Shown here piece after piece: positions 42,330 to 52,295 of a stretch of 58,655 nucleotides of DNA (position 1 is its first letter; each line of letters starts with the position of its first letter). The position numbers and the translations under genes are program-made. The notes below the pieces were generated by a model that did no database searches, had not been told where the DNA came from, and was given only the letters and a program-made list of their open reading frames with translations. Source of the stretch: a virus; IMG/VR virus record IMGVR_UViG_3300037070_005559, positions 1 to 58,655 of that record; one strand, given 5' to 3'.

Positions 42330-43183
42330 TATTTTTTGACCTGCTCGAAATGTTCATTGGGCAACATTCCGCCGTAGGTATTACCCGCAGTTTTAAGCAT
42401 CGGAACGCCGCTGGGGCTTATCTCTATCGCTTCGGATTCGGGCGCGGCCTTCACAGCCTCAATTTTCCCTGTTTTTGGATTCCAAATGTGAGTCACTGCA
42501 CCGGCAGATGCGGGGGGCGCTGCGGCTGGGGCGCCGTTTTCCGTATACCTGGCCTCGATCTCGGCCATCGCCTGCTTGGCTGAGGCGTATTTAGGATTTT
42601 CCTTTCCAGACCCCATTCCAAGAAATCCGGTTGATAGCCGATTCTGTCCGGATTTTTCCATATCAGCTACATTCTTTTGGGCGGTCGTATATTTCATGCG
42701 GTCAATGTCGCTCATCCTGCCCATTGTAGCCGGTCGGCGTGTGGCCGCATTAACCAGAGACGTGTTGACTCCGCGATTCATCAATCTTGGAACGCGCAAT
42801 ATCGCTTGCTCCATTGGAACTCCCGATTGGACGAGGCGGGATAATTCCTGCTGCGCTGCAAAATCCTTGGCCGATTCTTGTGCTGTTTGATCCAGCTTCT
42901 GCTTTTCCAGCGACAGTTGCGCCCGGTTGTGCGCGTCCTGCACGTCTGTCCGATGCTGAGTCGTTAGAAATTCCCGTTCCTGCTGCTCTTTGGCAGCCGC
43001 CGTTTCCATTAGTGCGAGCTTTTCTCGCTGCGCCAACTGTTGGGCGGCTTGCGCTAGATTCCCCGACTGCATCGCCACACGATCGCGCTGCGCCGATGCC
43101 GCCTGGCCCAACGCGCGCCCACGTTCAGCCGCCTGAACGAAGTCGCGGGGATTGGTTTGCAGTTGTGGGGCAATGACGGGCAT
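42329..43183 (-). CDS. Virion-module protein (284 aa), Q/A-rich
   Basis: ATG at 43183 in a TAATG junction, and a TAATG junction at its 3' end as well. Confidence 0.6.
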   Translation of the reverse strand: MPVIAPQLQTNPRDFVQAAERGRALGQAASAQRDRVAMQSGNLAQAAQQLAQREKLALMETAAAKEQQEREFLTTQHRTDVQDAHNRAQLSLEKQKLDQTAQESAKDFAAQQELSRLVQSGVPMEQAILRVPRLMNRGVNTSLVNAATRRPATMGRMSDIDRMKYTTAQKNVADMEKSGQNRLSTGFLGMGSGKENPKYASAKQAMAEIEARYTENGAPAAAPPASAGAVTHIWNPKTGKIEAVKAAPESEAIEISPSGVPMLKTAGNTYGGMLPNEHFEQVKK

Positions 43184-43791
43184 TAGACGTAGAGTCGGTT
43201 GACCATCCAATCGGGTTTGATCGGCTTGCTCGTTCCAGGAAGCATTGTGCCGCCCGCGCCGGCCAGAATGTTTCCGCTGATCTGGGTGGACGGATTCTCC
43301 ATCTGATACATCTCCTGCATTAACCTCAGTTGCTCCTGCGCAGCCATGCGTGGATCAGGCGCAGCCGCATTAATCGCGTTTTGATTCGAGATCTCATACT
43401 GAAGTGACGGATCAATTTGAGTGGATGCCAGCGTGGGCAGCATCTGGTTGAAATTCTGAACGCCTTGTTGAGACTGCGCCTCGCTGCTCATGCCAAGATT
43501 TCGCAGAAATTGGTTGGACGCAAATCCGCCACCCTGCATCCCTGGCATCCCCATTTGAATTCCGAACTGAGCAGCTTTGTCTTGAAGAAAACTTACGGTC
43601 CCGGGCGAGAGCTGGCCCTCAAGTTGGGCTCCTACAACATCGCCCGCGGACTGAGTAAGGTTCGGCAGCGCCGGCAGGACGTTGCCGACCTGAGCGTAAG
43701 ACGAGGATGGGGCGCTGATCGCTCCCGGCACGGCACCGTACGCGCCTGATCCGGTGCGCGGCGTGGGATTTAGATTGGGTAGGGTTGGCAT
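43183..43791 (-). CDS. Virion-module protein (202 aa), G/Q/M/P-rich
   Basis: Low-complexity composition typical of internal virion proteins. Confidence 0.6.
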   Translation of the reverse strand: MPTLPNLNPTPRTGSGAYGAVPGAISAPSSSYAQVGNVLPALPNLTQSAGDVVGAQLEGQLSPGTVSFLQDKAAQFGIQMGMPGMQGGGFASNQFLRNLGMSSEAQSQQGVQNFNQMLPTLASTQIDPSLQYEISNQNAINAAAPDPRMAAQEQLRLMQEMYQMENPSTQISGNILAGAGGTMLPGTSKPIKPDWMVNRLYV

Positions 43792-43797
43792 ATTATT

Positions 43798-44808
43798 TTA
43801 GAGGAACCCACCAGTAACACGCTCGAATTTGGCGGTTCCAAACGGCGAAAAATTTGAAACAAACTGCTCAATCGGGAATTTCTCCCGCAGTTGGTAATTC
43901 TGCTCCCGAAACGCATCCAGCTCCAACTGCCGAGCCGCATCTATATCCTTCGACGTAAGATTTTTGATGCTGAACATCATCAATTGGAGTGCATCCAGAT
44001 TGTCTATCAACACCAGATCGTTGTTCGACACCACGGGAATGTATTCGAGCTTCACCAACGCATCTATCGCAGTCGGGCACGAGCCACCGCGCAGACAGCC
44101 AACGAATTTTGAAAAGTTGTAGCTCGGACTCGTCTCATTCGGATCGTACACCGAACAATCCCAGAGGTTGGTCCCGTCGTAGTAGTAATTACGGACCACG
44201 CCTTGGGTGACCTGTTTTACCGCGCGATCGACCCGCCTGATCTTGAACGGAGTGGTTGCGAATGGAAGCGCCAACGTGACAACCACGCCTTCCTGAAGCA
44301 CTCCATCTTGAACGGTACGGATGACCTGCCCATTGTCGTCGATTCCAAACCACGTGATTTTTTTGCCCACGTCGGCCTGGGTTGAGGGATAGGATCGGAT
44401 GTAGGCGTCGACCCCACACTGAGGCTGGGCGACGACGCTGGTGGTTCCCACGTTCTCGAACCTCACATTGCCCGCGCATGGGACGCCCCGGAAATCTGGA
44501 GACAATCCCCAAGCTTCCCACTCCCCGCTTTGCATTGGTAAAAACGAGGCCCAGAAATCTTTTTGAGGCACGTGGATGCCGCAGATGTTGGTGGCCAACA
44601 CGGTTCCGATTTGCCGCGGCCACACAACGCAGTTGTTGCGAATGCAGTTGCGGATTTTTTGCACCGTGCCAAACCAACTCCCTCTCCGCATCAGCTTTCG
44701 CGTTCCTTGATTGAGGAGATTTCTGAAGGCTTCACCGCCGCTGCATACTCCGGAGATGTCGGCCAGTTCCCGGCTTTGCTTGGCTTCGGCGTAGGTGAGA
44801 AGGCTCAT
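43798..44808 (-). CDS. Virion structural protein (336 aa; adaptor or tail candidate)
   Basis: The call rests on position between the 1172-aa protein and the internal-protein genes. Confidence 0.55.
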   Translation of the reverse strand: MSLLTYAEAKQSRELADISGVCSGGEAFRNLLNQGTRKLMRRGSWFGTVQKIRNCIRNNCVVWPRQIGTVLATNICGIHVPQKDFWASFLPMQSGEWEAWGLSPDFRGVPCAGNVRFENVGTTSVVAQPQCGVDAYIRSYPSTQADVGKKITWFGIDDNGQVIRTVQDGVLQEGVVVTLALPFATTPFKIRRVDRAVKQVTQGVVRNYYYDGTNLWDCSVYDPNETSPSYNFSKFVGCLRGGSCPTAIDALVKLEYIPVVSNNDLVLIDNLDALQLMMFSIKNLTSKDIDAARQLELDAFREQNYQLREKFPIEQFVSNFSPFGTAKFERVTGGFL

Positions 44809-44851
44809 GCTGTACTGTCTTCTACGCTCCTAACCAGCTTTTGGCAATGAA

Positions 44852-47800
44852 TTAAGAGAGGCAGGTTGTGTTGGACCCGGGAGTTGTAGCCCCGGCCCCC
44901 AACTCGATGTTGATTGAGGCCGGTGTTGCATCTATGCCTCCGGTTCTGGGATAAACCCCCTCCGGCGTGTTTCCTCCCACTTTTACCCCGGTCCAGATTG
45001 TCGCGTCATTGTCAGCGGTGATGATAAAGGTCCATTGGGGCACGTCATCGGTGCAGCCGTCGAAAAACAATCTTGCCGTGCAGAAGCTCAAGCCGTCCAT
45101 TTGGAATTCTGAAATCCCGCCTGAAATCCAGCCATCGGACGGCCCCGTGAATGATTGAACAAGTGTTCCGGTCCAGACCGGATCAACCCCAGGCGCCCCC
45201 CCGGTTGGATTGGCAAACAGTCCATCAACATACGCCGTAATCTGATAAACGTTGTCGAGAAGCGAGCCCAAGCCTTCGGTGCAAATGCTTGGAACGTCCT
45301 CGCACGAGAGATCACCTGAGATCACAGCCGCCCCAGCAAAGTTGTTCAGCGCCGCCTGAGCCAGCGCGTCTGCGCCTGCCTGAGTTGCTGCTGTGAACAC
45401 GCCAGACGCGCCAACCAGTCGACTATTCGGAACATCAACAGAAATCCATGCCGGAACCACTCCGGTCAGTGTGATCTCGCCAGTCTCGCACGGGAAATCA
45501 AAATACACTGGATTGTTCGTCACCTGTTGGGGGCACAACGCGCTTGCGTTGGCGGTGGCCAGCGCACACACGGCAATCATCTCGTTGACGATCACGTCGA
45601 TCTGTTCCTGAGTGGCACCAGTCGGAACCTCGCGCACTATGTTGCCGTTGACGCATCCCAACACTAAAGGCGGATACACGCCTCCAAAGTCCGGAGGATA
45701 GGGCAGTGTGTAATTGATCGTGCCGGGCTGAATGAAAATCTCAAGCACCGAACCATCTGGGCATGTGACGTCAAATCGGAGTAGCGGATTAGTGTAGGAC
45801 TTTCCGAACGAGTAGAACACGAGCGGAAACGTGAGACACGGCGCCTGAATCTTGCACGGCTCGCACGGTTCGACCACAACGGTGTCGCACAGCGGATCAC
45901 AGATCGGAACCGAGAAGTATGTTTCCTCTTTGGGATGCGCCTTGAACTGCGCCCCCATGAATTTACAAGCGCCTGTGATTTGGAGCCTGAATTGGAAATC
46001 GTTGCCCACTCGATAGGGCCGATCATTCGTCGGTTCGCACGCTGTGACATCGGGCGTTCCTAATCCCAATCGAGTTCTGAATTGCTTTGGCTCTGTCAGT
46101 GCATCGTTCGCCGCGCAAATCGTGAACTTGTGCCACGGCGTCCAACATTCGGAGTAATCCGGACGATACCACGTCTCAAATGTGACGATGCCCCGGATGT
46201 CTCGTACGTAAATCTCACCATCCTGCAACTCGCAGAGTTCAAACTTTCCCTTGTTCGGAACGTTTTGGAAAAGTGCGGCACTCTCCATCGACCACGTAAT
46301 GGGCTGACTCGTCAGATCAAAGTTCGACTCCTCATCCGCCAGTAGCTCCCAGAACTCGATTGTCAACGTATCTCGATTGAGAACAAACGCGTAACAACGA
46401 TCGGCACCGTTGACGAAGCCTTGCAGCAATTGGAAGATATTCAGCCCCGTCCAAATTCCCTCCCAGATCGAAGGCAGCTTCCCGCGCATTGTGCTCAACG
46501 GGTCTAAATTGAGCGATACCAACCCACGGTGAAAAATCCCAAGCGGACTGCTGGCTGGAAGTACGCTCTTGAGAAGGCGATTGTCGAAAACGACTGACGT
46601 TCCAAATTGAAGGAGCGTCTTATCGTTCTCTTTCAACCCGCGCGTGACCTCCCGGCTGATCGGAGTATTCGGCCACTTGTTGTAATCCAGCCGTGAAATC
46701 AAATACGAGCGCACTGCGTTGTCGGATGATCCAAAAAATATGTCGACGTTGTTCAACGCAACATCATATTGACCGGCACCGCCGCTGCCCTTCAGTGCTT
46801 CGGTAAGGATTGGGCTGGTTAGAGTCGCCAGATCGGTGACGCTCAACGGTGCCTTGCAATTAAAAACGCTGCGCGGCGTAAATATCGCGAGTGGACCCTG
46901 ACCAAGAGATACGTCTGGCATGGCTACAAACTTCATCGCTCGAATCTCCCCCGCGCTGGACGGTACTCGGAAGTTTCCTAACCCACCAACGGAAGAAGTC
47001 TGGATTGTGCGCAGCACCGCATCCCTGTAGTTATTCGCCTGAGTTCCACTCGATGAGCCAACGAGATCGCTGTAGATGAAACTCACGCCGTCGGTGAGCG
47101 ACATCGCGTTTTGACCCGGGCCGTAGTCGCCCATGCGGCCGGGCGGGAGTTCGGGGATGGATAGCAGATTAAGGCCGGGAGGGAACGCGTGAAGGGTTCC
47201 GGGAGTGTCGGTCAGATTTATCGCCTGAACGACTATTCCGGGAGGAGGCGGGACTATCGGGGCGATAAGAAATTGATCTCCGTTGATGAATACCATCTGA
47301 CCCGCCGACCCACTGTACAGCGCGTCAAGCAGAACGGTGCTGCTTGCTCCTACGGCTGGGGCGACGTATGTTCCGAAGATTCCACCAACAACGCTGTTTG
47401 GAAGATTGGTGTTCCAGTTTAGGATCTGATCCCCCGCATTGATCGTCGCCGGCAACGTCACCGTCTCTTGATTGAGCAGAGATATGAATACTCCACCCGT
47501 GTTGGTGACCATCCACTTCACTCCAAAAAGAGTTACAAACACTCCAGTTGGCCCGGTGTACGGCGCAGTCAAATTGGTGACGAACACCACGCCGCCAGGA
47601 CCGTATGTATTGCCAGCTCCCGGGATTGGCGCCGTCAGAGACTGGACGGCGAACACATTGGGGTTTATCACCACCTGGGTTCCGTTGGGATATACGACTG
47701 GGGCGGCAAGGTATAGCGTTGTCAGTGTCGCGGCGTAGCCAAGTGCTCCGGATGTTATCTGGTACAGAACGTCACCGATCAGAACTACCGCGTTGGGTGG

Positions 47801-48370
47801 GCCTGTATACGGTGCGGCCAACGTGATTCCACCAGCCACCAGTTCCCCAATTGCCGGAGCGGTGAACGCAGCCGCGGTAACCCCATAAGACACTTGAACC
47901 GAATTAGATCTCCGTATGCTCGTCCCGTCAAAAAACCATGGGATGCTCAATCCGTCTTGGCCAACTACATAGTTTTCGGTCTGCCAAAGCCACGCCTGTG
48001 GCTGAGTCGCGGGATTTGCTCCGCCTGGAATCACGTGCTCGACGACAGTTGCGGTTGGAATGTGCTGCGGGTCTGGAGTGATTTGAAATACTCGTCCGCC
48101 AATCTGAACCAGCATTGACGCCGTGCGATCATCTGCGGTGTAAAATGTGCCACCCTGCCAGTTGTTGGTGGTGAATGCCGATTGAACTGATGGACTACTG
48201 AAACTCAGTGAGATTCGTCGAACGCCCGGCCGTGGGCCGATGAATGCCCCACGGTTAGTCGCGTTGGTCTGCCACGAGGTCTGATTCGATTGAAGAAGGT
48301 GATGCTCTACGCCGCTGTTCGTGCCGGCATCCAAGGACGAAATTCCATCAATGAATTCTTTGTTCGCCAC
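44852..48370 (-). CDS. Large tail/nozzle-like structural protein (1172 aa)
   Basis: Size, beta-rich G/T/V/N composition, and position next to the tail fibre. Confidence 0.55.
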   Translation of the reverse strand: MANKEFIDGISSLDAGTNSGVEHHLLQSNQTSWQTNATNRGAFIGPRPGVRRISLSFSSPSVQSAFTTNNWQGGTFYTADDRTASMLVQIGGRVFQITPDPQHIPTATVVEHVIPGGANPATQPQAWLWQTENYVVGQDGLSIPWFFDGTSIRRSNSVQVSYGVTAAAFTAPAIGELVAGGITLAAPYTGPPNAVVLIGDVLYQITSGALGYAATLTTLYLAAPVVYPNGTQVVINPNVFAVQSLTAPIPGAGNTYGPGGVVFVTNLTAPYTGPTGVFVTLFGVKWMVTNTGGVFISLLNQETVTLPATINAGDQILNWNTNLPNSVVGGIFGTYVAPAVGASSTVLLDALYSGSAGQMVFINGDQFLIAPIVPPPPGIVVQAINLTDTPGTLHAFPPGLNLLSIPELPPGRMGDYGPGQNAMSLTDGVSFIYSDLVGSSSGTQANNYRDAVLRTIQTSSVGGLGNFRVPSSAGEIRAMKFVAMPDVSLGQGPLAIFTPRSVFNCKAPLSVTDLATLTSPILTEALKGSGGAGQYDVALNNVDIFFGSSDNAVRSYLISRLDYNKWPNTPISREVTRGLKENDKTLLQFGTSVVFDNRLLKSVLPASSPLGIFHRGLVSLNLDPLSTMRGKLPSIWEGIWTGLNIFQLLQGFVNGADRCYAFVLNRDTLTIEFWELLADEESNFDLTSQPITWSMESAALFQNVPNKGKFELCELQDGEIYVRDIRGIVTFETWYRPDYSECWTPWHKFTICAANDALTEPKQFRTRLGLGTPDVTACEPTNDRPYRVGNDFQFRLQITGACKFMGAQFKAHPKEETYFSVPICDPLCDTVVVEPCEPCKIQAPCLTFPLVFYSFGKSYTNPLLRFDVTCPDGSVLEIFIQPGTINYTLPYPPDFGGVYPPLVLGCVNGNIVREVPTGATQEQIDVIVNEMIAVCALATANASALCPQQVTNNPVYFDFPCETGEITLTGVVPAWISVDVPNSRLVGASGVFTAATQAGADALAQAALNNFAGAAVISGDLSCEDVPSICTEGLGSLLDNVYQITAYVDGLFANPTGGAPGVDPVWTGTLVQSFTGPSDGWISGGISEFQMDGLSFCTARLFFDGCTDDVPQWTFIITADNDATIWTGVKVGGNTPEGVYPRTGGIDATPASINIELGAGATTPGSNTTCLS

Positions 48371-48371
48371 A

Positions 48372-49238
48372 TTACGTGAGCGCCAACGGGATAAGGGCGA
48401 TGCTTGCTTCCATCACTTCAGAAGTGCCGGCGGTTTCAACCACGTCGATTCCGATTTGAAGCGCCACGACATCATTCAAAGCCAAGGTCGCCACCTTGAA
48501 CGGTGTGTGGTAATCGAGGGATGGGTAGCCGGTGGTCGTGATGATGCCCGTCGTTTTGGCCGCGGTGGAAATATCAGCGCCTGCTGTAGTGTTGCGAGTT
48601 TTGAGCGTGATCGTTCGACTGGCGGCGAAAGTTGTTCCTCGAAATTCAACGGTTGCGAAGGCGACGACCAAATACAGTCCGGCGGCAGGAGCAACAACGG
48701 TAGCGCCCGTGATCGTCGCTGGCGTTGGGGCGGTGATCGCGTAGGCCAGTGCTGTGCCATTGAATTCAGTGATCGTCTGCCCGAGTCCGAGAGCAGCCTG
48801 AGCAGCGGCCTTTGTAGCCGCTCCGGTTCCACCGTTTGCAATGTCCACTGGGACCGTTGGGAGGTATCCAGCGGGACCGACCAACGCCCCGGAGTTGATT
48901 TGAGTTCCACCAGCGGAGTCGCCTGGGTATTGAAGCCACTGACCTTCCACGCTTTGGGCCGAGGGCTTGCTGATGACTTTGAAGGTGCCGACGTTGGCGC
49001 CGTCGGATGCGAAAATATTGGTGCCGATTCCTAACGGGGCAGAGTTAGCAACCAAGAACGTTACATTGGTGTTTACCACGCCTGGAATGTTGAAATTGGC
49101 GGTGGTGATCGTGTAGCTGTTTTGGCCGGCGGCTCCAGTGGCGCCGGGTGCGCCGTCATTCCCAGGAACTCCCGGTATCGCTATTGGTGGGATAGTCTGT
49201 CCACAGGCGTGGCAACATTCGCTCGGATTCACGTGCAT
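48372..49238 (-). CDS. Tail fibre protein with a short collagen-like segment (288 aa)
   Basis: GVPGNDGAPGATGAAGQ (G-X-Y repeats). IANGGTGAATKAAAQAALGLG is a motif typical of phage tail fibres. Confidence 0.7.
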   Translation of the reverse strand: MHVNPSECCHACGQTIPPIAIPGVPGNDGAPGATGAAGQNSYTITTANFNIPGVVNTNVTFLVANSAPLGIGTNIFASDGANVGTFKVISKPSAQSVEGQWLQYPGDSAGGTQINSGALVGPAGYLPTVPVDIANGGTGAATKAAAQAALGLGQTITEFNGTALAYAITAPTPATITGATVVAPAAGLYLVVAFATVEFRGTTFAASRTITLKTRNTTAGADISTAAKTTGIITTTGYPSLDYHTPFKVATLALNDVVALQIGIDVVETAGTSEVMEASIALIPLALT

Positions 49239-49243
49239 TACAT

Positions 49244-49278
49244 TTGAACCTCGGGCGACAGTATGTCAATCTGCAAAT
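49244..49278 (+). promoter_or_regulatory. Weak promoter-like element with the leaderless geometry, upstream of terL
   Basis: TTGAAC-ctcgggcgacagtatgt-CAATCT-gcaaat-GTG(49279). Confidence 0.3.
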
Positions 49279-51159
49279 GTGCCACGCCTTAAATACGGCA
49301 TCCCCTGGAAAGACGGTATCTCCGACGCCGAGATCGAACGCCACTGCATTCAGAACGGAGGCCTTTGGACTCACCACGGGCGTACGTGCGGTGCTGGCCT
49401 GATGGAACACTTCAAAAATTATTGGGCCGCGCTATGGCCCGAAGACTCCCAGAATTGGTGGACCGACCTGATGATGGAGAACATTCTCAAGCATCAGTTT
49501 ATTTCCATCGTGGGTCCGGCCAGCAGTTGGAAATCTGGAACCGTCGCGCGCATGGCGATCATGGATTGGTCGTGCTATCCCGATTGCACTTCGATCATCA
49601 CCAGCTCAACTGACATGGAGGGATTAAAGGCGCGCGTGTACGCGGAGATCACAATGGTGTGGCACCGGGCGAGAGAGCGACACGAATGGTTCCCCGGTCA
49701 TCCGGTTGACAGCAAGTGCGTCATCACCTACACCAACGTTGAGGAGGACAAAGCTCGCGATTTGAGAAATTCCATCGTTGGAGTTCCGTGCAAGACTTCA
49801 AGCGGTCAATTTATTGGCATGGGAAAATATTCGGGGCGAAAGAACCGACGAGTGTGGTGTGTCGCCGAGGAATTTCAGTTCATGCAGGCGTCGATTTTGC
49901 AGGCTCAGGATAATCTAATCAGTAATTCCGATGGCGACAACCCGATGCACGGGTACTATCCACAGAATTACCAAAACCCGGTTGAGCGAGGCCTCCCGCG
50001 GCGTGGATATAAGGGCATTTTTGTTGGTAACACCAATCCGTCAGTTCGGGACAATCCGTTGGACATTGTTTCGGAGCCGGAGGGTGGATGGTCTTCCGTT
50101 TTTCAAGCGACCGAGACTCAGGGAAAGACACAGGTTTGGAAGTGTAAGAAACATCCAAATCATCCGGTTCAATGCTACTGCGTGAATCTTGATGCGCTGG
50201 ATTCCCCAAACAGTGCGCACCCAATTGAACGCCCTCGATGGTCACACATGGCTGGCCCGCACAAGGTAGCGAACTACACTCCAGGCTCTGAGTCCTATTG
50301 GTCCAACGGTCGTGGCGTTTTCAAATTCGGACTCGACCAATTCAAGATTATCACTAAAGAAATCTGCGACGCCCATCACGCGTTCGACGACGTGACGTGG
50401 GATGGAAAGACTCCCACGATCAAAATTGGAATGTGTGACGCCTCGTACGGTGGCGGCGACCGATGTCCCGTTGGATGGCTTGAGTTTGGGATGTGCGTGG
50501 ACGGCAAGACGCGGATGCTGTTCCATAAATACGAGTTGGTTCCTGTGGCAGTCAGAAAAGGAATGACGCCCGAGGACCAGATTGCAGATTTCTGCAAATT
50601 GAAAATGGAGGCTGCGGGTGTTCCTCCGGAAAACTTCTTCTTCGACGGACGTGGCAGTTTGGCTATGAGTTACGCCGCGCGGTGGAGTCCTCGCGTGAAT
50701 GCGATTGAGTTTGGAGGATCGCCCACTGATAGACCAGCCGGACCGGACCTTTATACGATTGATCCACTTACCAAACAGCGCCGGCTAAAACTCGCGAAGG
50801 AGCATTTTTCCAAGTTCGTCACCGAACTCTGGTGGTCGTGGAGGTACGCCGTTGAATCCGATCAGGTAAGAGGACTGACGCTTGATGTGGTGTTGGACGC
50901 CCAGCCTCGGGAGTGGACGAAGGTTGCGGGTGACAAGATTGAGGCGGAGGCAAAGAAGGATATGAAGAAGCGCACGGGCGTCTCTCCCGACTTGGCGGAC
51001 ATGATTGTCACCGGCATTGAAGGCGCCCGACGTCGGGGCTTCAACATCGACCGACTGGCCGACGCGGTGGAGCCGATCGAGCGGTCAATGCAGTGGTTCA
51101 TCGACCTACAACGCCGTCAGCGTGAGGCGCGCCAAAATTCGGAGTTAAATTACCGTTGA
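49279..51159 (+). CDS. terL: Terminase large subunit
   Basis: P-loop-like IVGPASSWKSGT, Walker B-like VWCVAEEF, and nuclease-domain motifs MCDASYGGGDRCPVG and SPDLADMIV. GTG at 49279, which is the first start after the divergent fibre gene. Confidence 0.8.
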   Translation: MPRLKYGIPWKDGISDAEIERHCIQNGGLWTHHGRTCGAGLMEHFKNYWAALWPEDSQNWWTDLMMENILKHQFISIVGPASSWKSGTVARMAIMDWSCYPDCTSIITSSTDMEGLKARVYAEITMVWHRARERHEWFPGHPVDSKCVITYTNVEEDKARDLRNSIVGVPCKTSSGQFIGMGKYSGRKNRRVWCVAEEFQFMQASILQAQDNLISNSDGDNPMHGYYPQNYQNPVERGLPRRGYKGIFVGNTNPSVRDNPLDIVSEPEGGWSSVFQATETQGKTQVWKCKKHPNHPVQCYCVNLDALDSPNSAHPIERPRWSHMAGPHKVANYTPGSESYWSNGRGVFKFGLDQFKIITKEICDAHHAFDDVTWDGKTPTIKIGMCDASYGGGDRCPVGWLEFGMCVDGKTRMLFHKYELVPVAVRKGMTPEDQIADFCKLKMEAAGVPPENFFFDGRGSLAMSYAARWSPRVNAIEFGGSPTDRPAGPDLYTIDPLTKQRRLKLAKEHFSKFVTELWWSWRYAVESDQVRGLTLDVVLDAQPREWTKVAGDKIEAEAKKDMKKRTGVSPDLADMIVTGIEGARRRGFNIDRLADAVEPIERSMQWFIDLQRRQREARQNSELNYR

Positions 51160-51328
51160 TGGCCACGCGTTTTACCGTGTGGCCTTTGCTCTCCAGTATG
51201 GCGGCCAGGTTATGCGCCTTGGGCCCGCTGCGTTGCCATGTTTTTATCCCGTCTTCGAAGCATGTGATGGTTGACCTACAGCCTTTGCCGCGGCCGTAGT
51301 TGATTATTTTTAACAGGTAGTGGGTCAT
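51098..51328 (-). CDS. Hypothetical protein (76 aa)
   Basis: ATGA-coupled to the upstream gene. Its 3' end overlaps the terL 3' end by 62 nt (convergent). Confidence 0.45.
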   Translation of the reverse strand: MTHYLLKIINYGRGKGCRSTITCFEDGIKTWQRSGPKAHNLAAILESKGHTVKRVAINGNLTPNFGAPHADGVVGR

Positions 51329-51639
51329 AATTTCTCCAACGTCGCCTGCGGCTTCTCATACCCCGCCAGTCCAATCGGGGTCGTATCAAACGCCGCCAGT
51401 AAATTCTGTAACTTGCGCAATCGCGTGTTCTTCATCCGATCAGCCTTGGCCAGCAGCTTCTCCTTCGCCTCGTCGTGGCGCTTGTACTCCTCGTTGTTTG
51501 ATTCGCGCAGCAGCATGGCTGTCAATTCCTCGCCCGATGCAGCATTGAGGATGCGCTGGTGTTTACGGAGGGCAGCATCTATATCTTTAATGATGGCCTT
51601 CCGGTCGACGTACTTCTTCTGGCGCTTTGGTTTAGTCAC
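51325..51639 (-). CDS. Hypothetical basic helical protein (104 aa)
   Basis: K/R/E-rich. Confidence 0.6.
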   Translation of the reverse strand: MTKPKRQKKYVDRKAIIKDIDAALRKHQRILNAASGEELTAMLLRESNNEEYKRHDEAKEKLLAKADRMKNTRLRKLQNLLAAFDTTPIGLAGYEKPQATLEKL

Positions 51640-51856
51640 ATTCGAGCTTTTCAGTTAAGAGTAAGGTCTGAACCCCTGTCGTGGTGTTGTGCTCAACTCC
51701 TTTAATCAAGAGCACTTTGTATTCCTCGTTCCACGTTCGGGTGATCTCGCACCACACGTCAAACCTGACCTCGATTCCAACCTCGTCATCCATGTCGATC
51801 CCGGCCCTCTCAGCGTCGTAGCCGGAGAGGAGCACTAGCACGTCTTTGACTTTCAT
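51632..51856 (-). CDS. Hypothetical protein (74 aa)
   Basis: ATGA overlap with the upstream stop. Confidence 0.6.
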   Translation of the reverse strand: MKVKDVLVLLSGYDAERAGIDMDDEVGIEVRFDVWCEITRTWNEEYKVLLIKGVEHNTTTGVQTLLLTEKLECD

Positions 51857-52101
51857 AATTTCAACATCTGCTCCAATTGATTCAACGACTCCCCGCAGAT
51901 CGGTGCAGGAGTTTCATGCCACTTCTCCCAATCCATCTGTCCGCCCTTTCCAAAAGACTGCTGCTGTCCGGCAAACACGCGATGGCGTATCCTCATCAGT
52001 TCCTTGTCCAGATCGGCGCACCTCACGCAAATCCATTCCCCGCCCTTTGGAATAATTGCCGGATCTCCGCAATCACATTCTGTGCGATGATATTTGGGCA
52101 T
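51853..52101 (-). CDS. Small zinc-binding protein (82 aa)
   Basis: CDCG...CVRC motif. Confidence 0.6.
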   Translation of the reverse strand: MPKYHRTECDCGDPAIIPKGGEWICVRCADLDKELMRIRHRVFAGQQQSFGKGGQMDWEKWHETPAPICGESLNQLEQMLKL

Positions 52102-52293
52102 TTAGTCTCCTTTTCGCGGGTCTTCCACACCGGTCATTCGTAGCTCAAGGTGCAGCAAATGTCCGGATGTCACGCGAGCCGAACGCAATGCCGCGCGCAC
52201 GGTTTTGGGGCGGAACTTGCGGCTGCGTTCGAGGATGCGGAGTAGCTTGCGCGCTTCGTCCAGCGCGCGGCGGAGGAGTTGGGGGTTGGTCAT
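52102..52293 (-). CDS. Hypothetical protein (63 aa)
   Basis: ATG at 52293, 2 nt after the upstream stop. The longer track ORF (to 52467) overlaps 52296..52598. Confidence 0.5.
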   Translation of the reverse strand: MTNPQLLRRALDEARKLLRILERSRKFRPKTVRAALRSARVTSGHLLHLELRMTGVEDPRKGD

Positions 52294-52295
52294 GC

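Noticed and set aside
49239-49269. TTGACA (minus strand, 49269-49264) upstream of the collagen-like fibre gene, as another leaderless promoter
   Set aside because: The spacing to the ATG at 49238 is only 25 nt, which places any -10-directed start inside the coding region. It does not fit the N28-30 class and may be a conventional element or a chance match.
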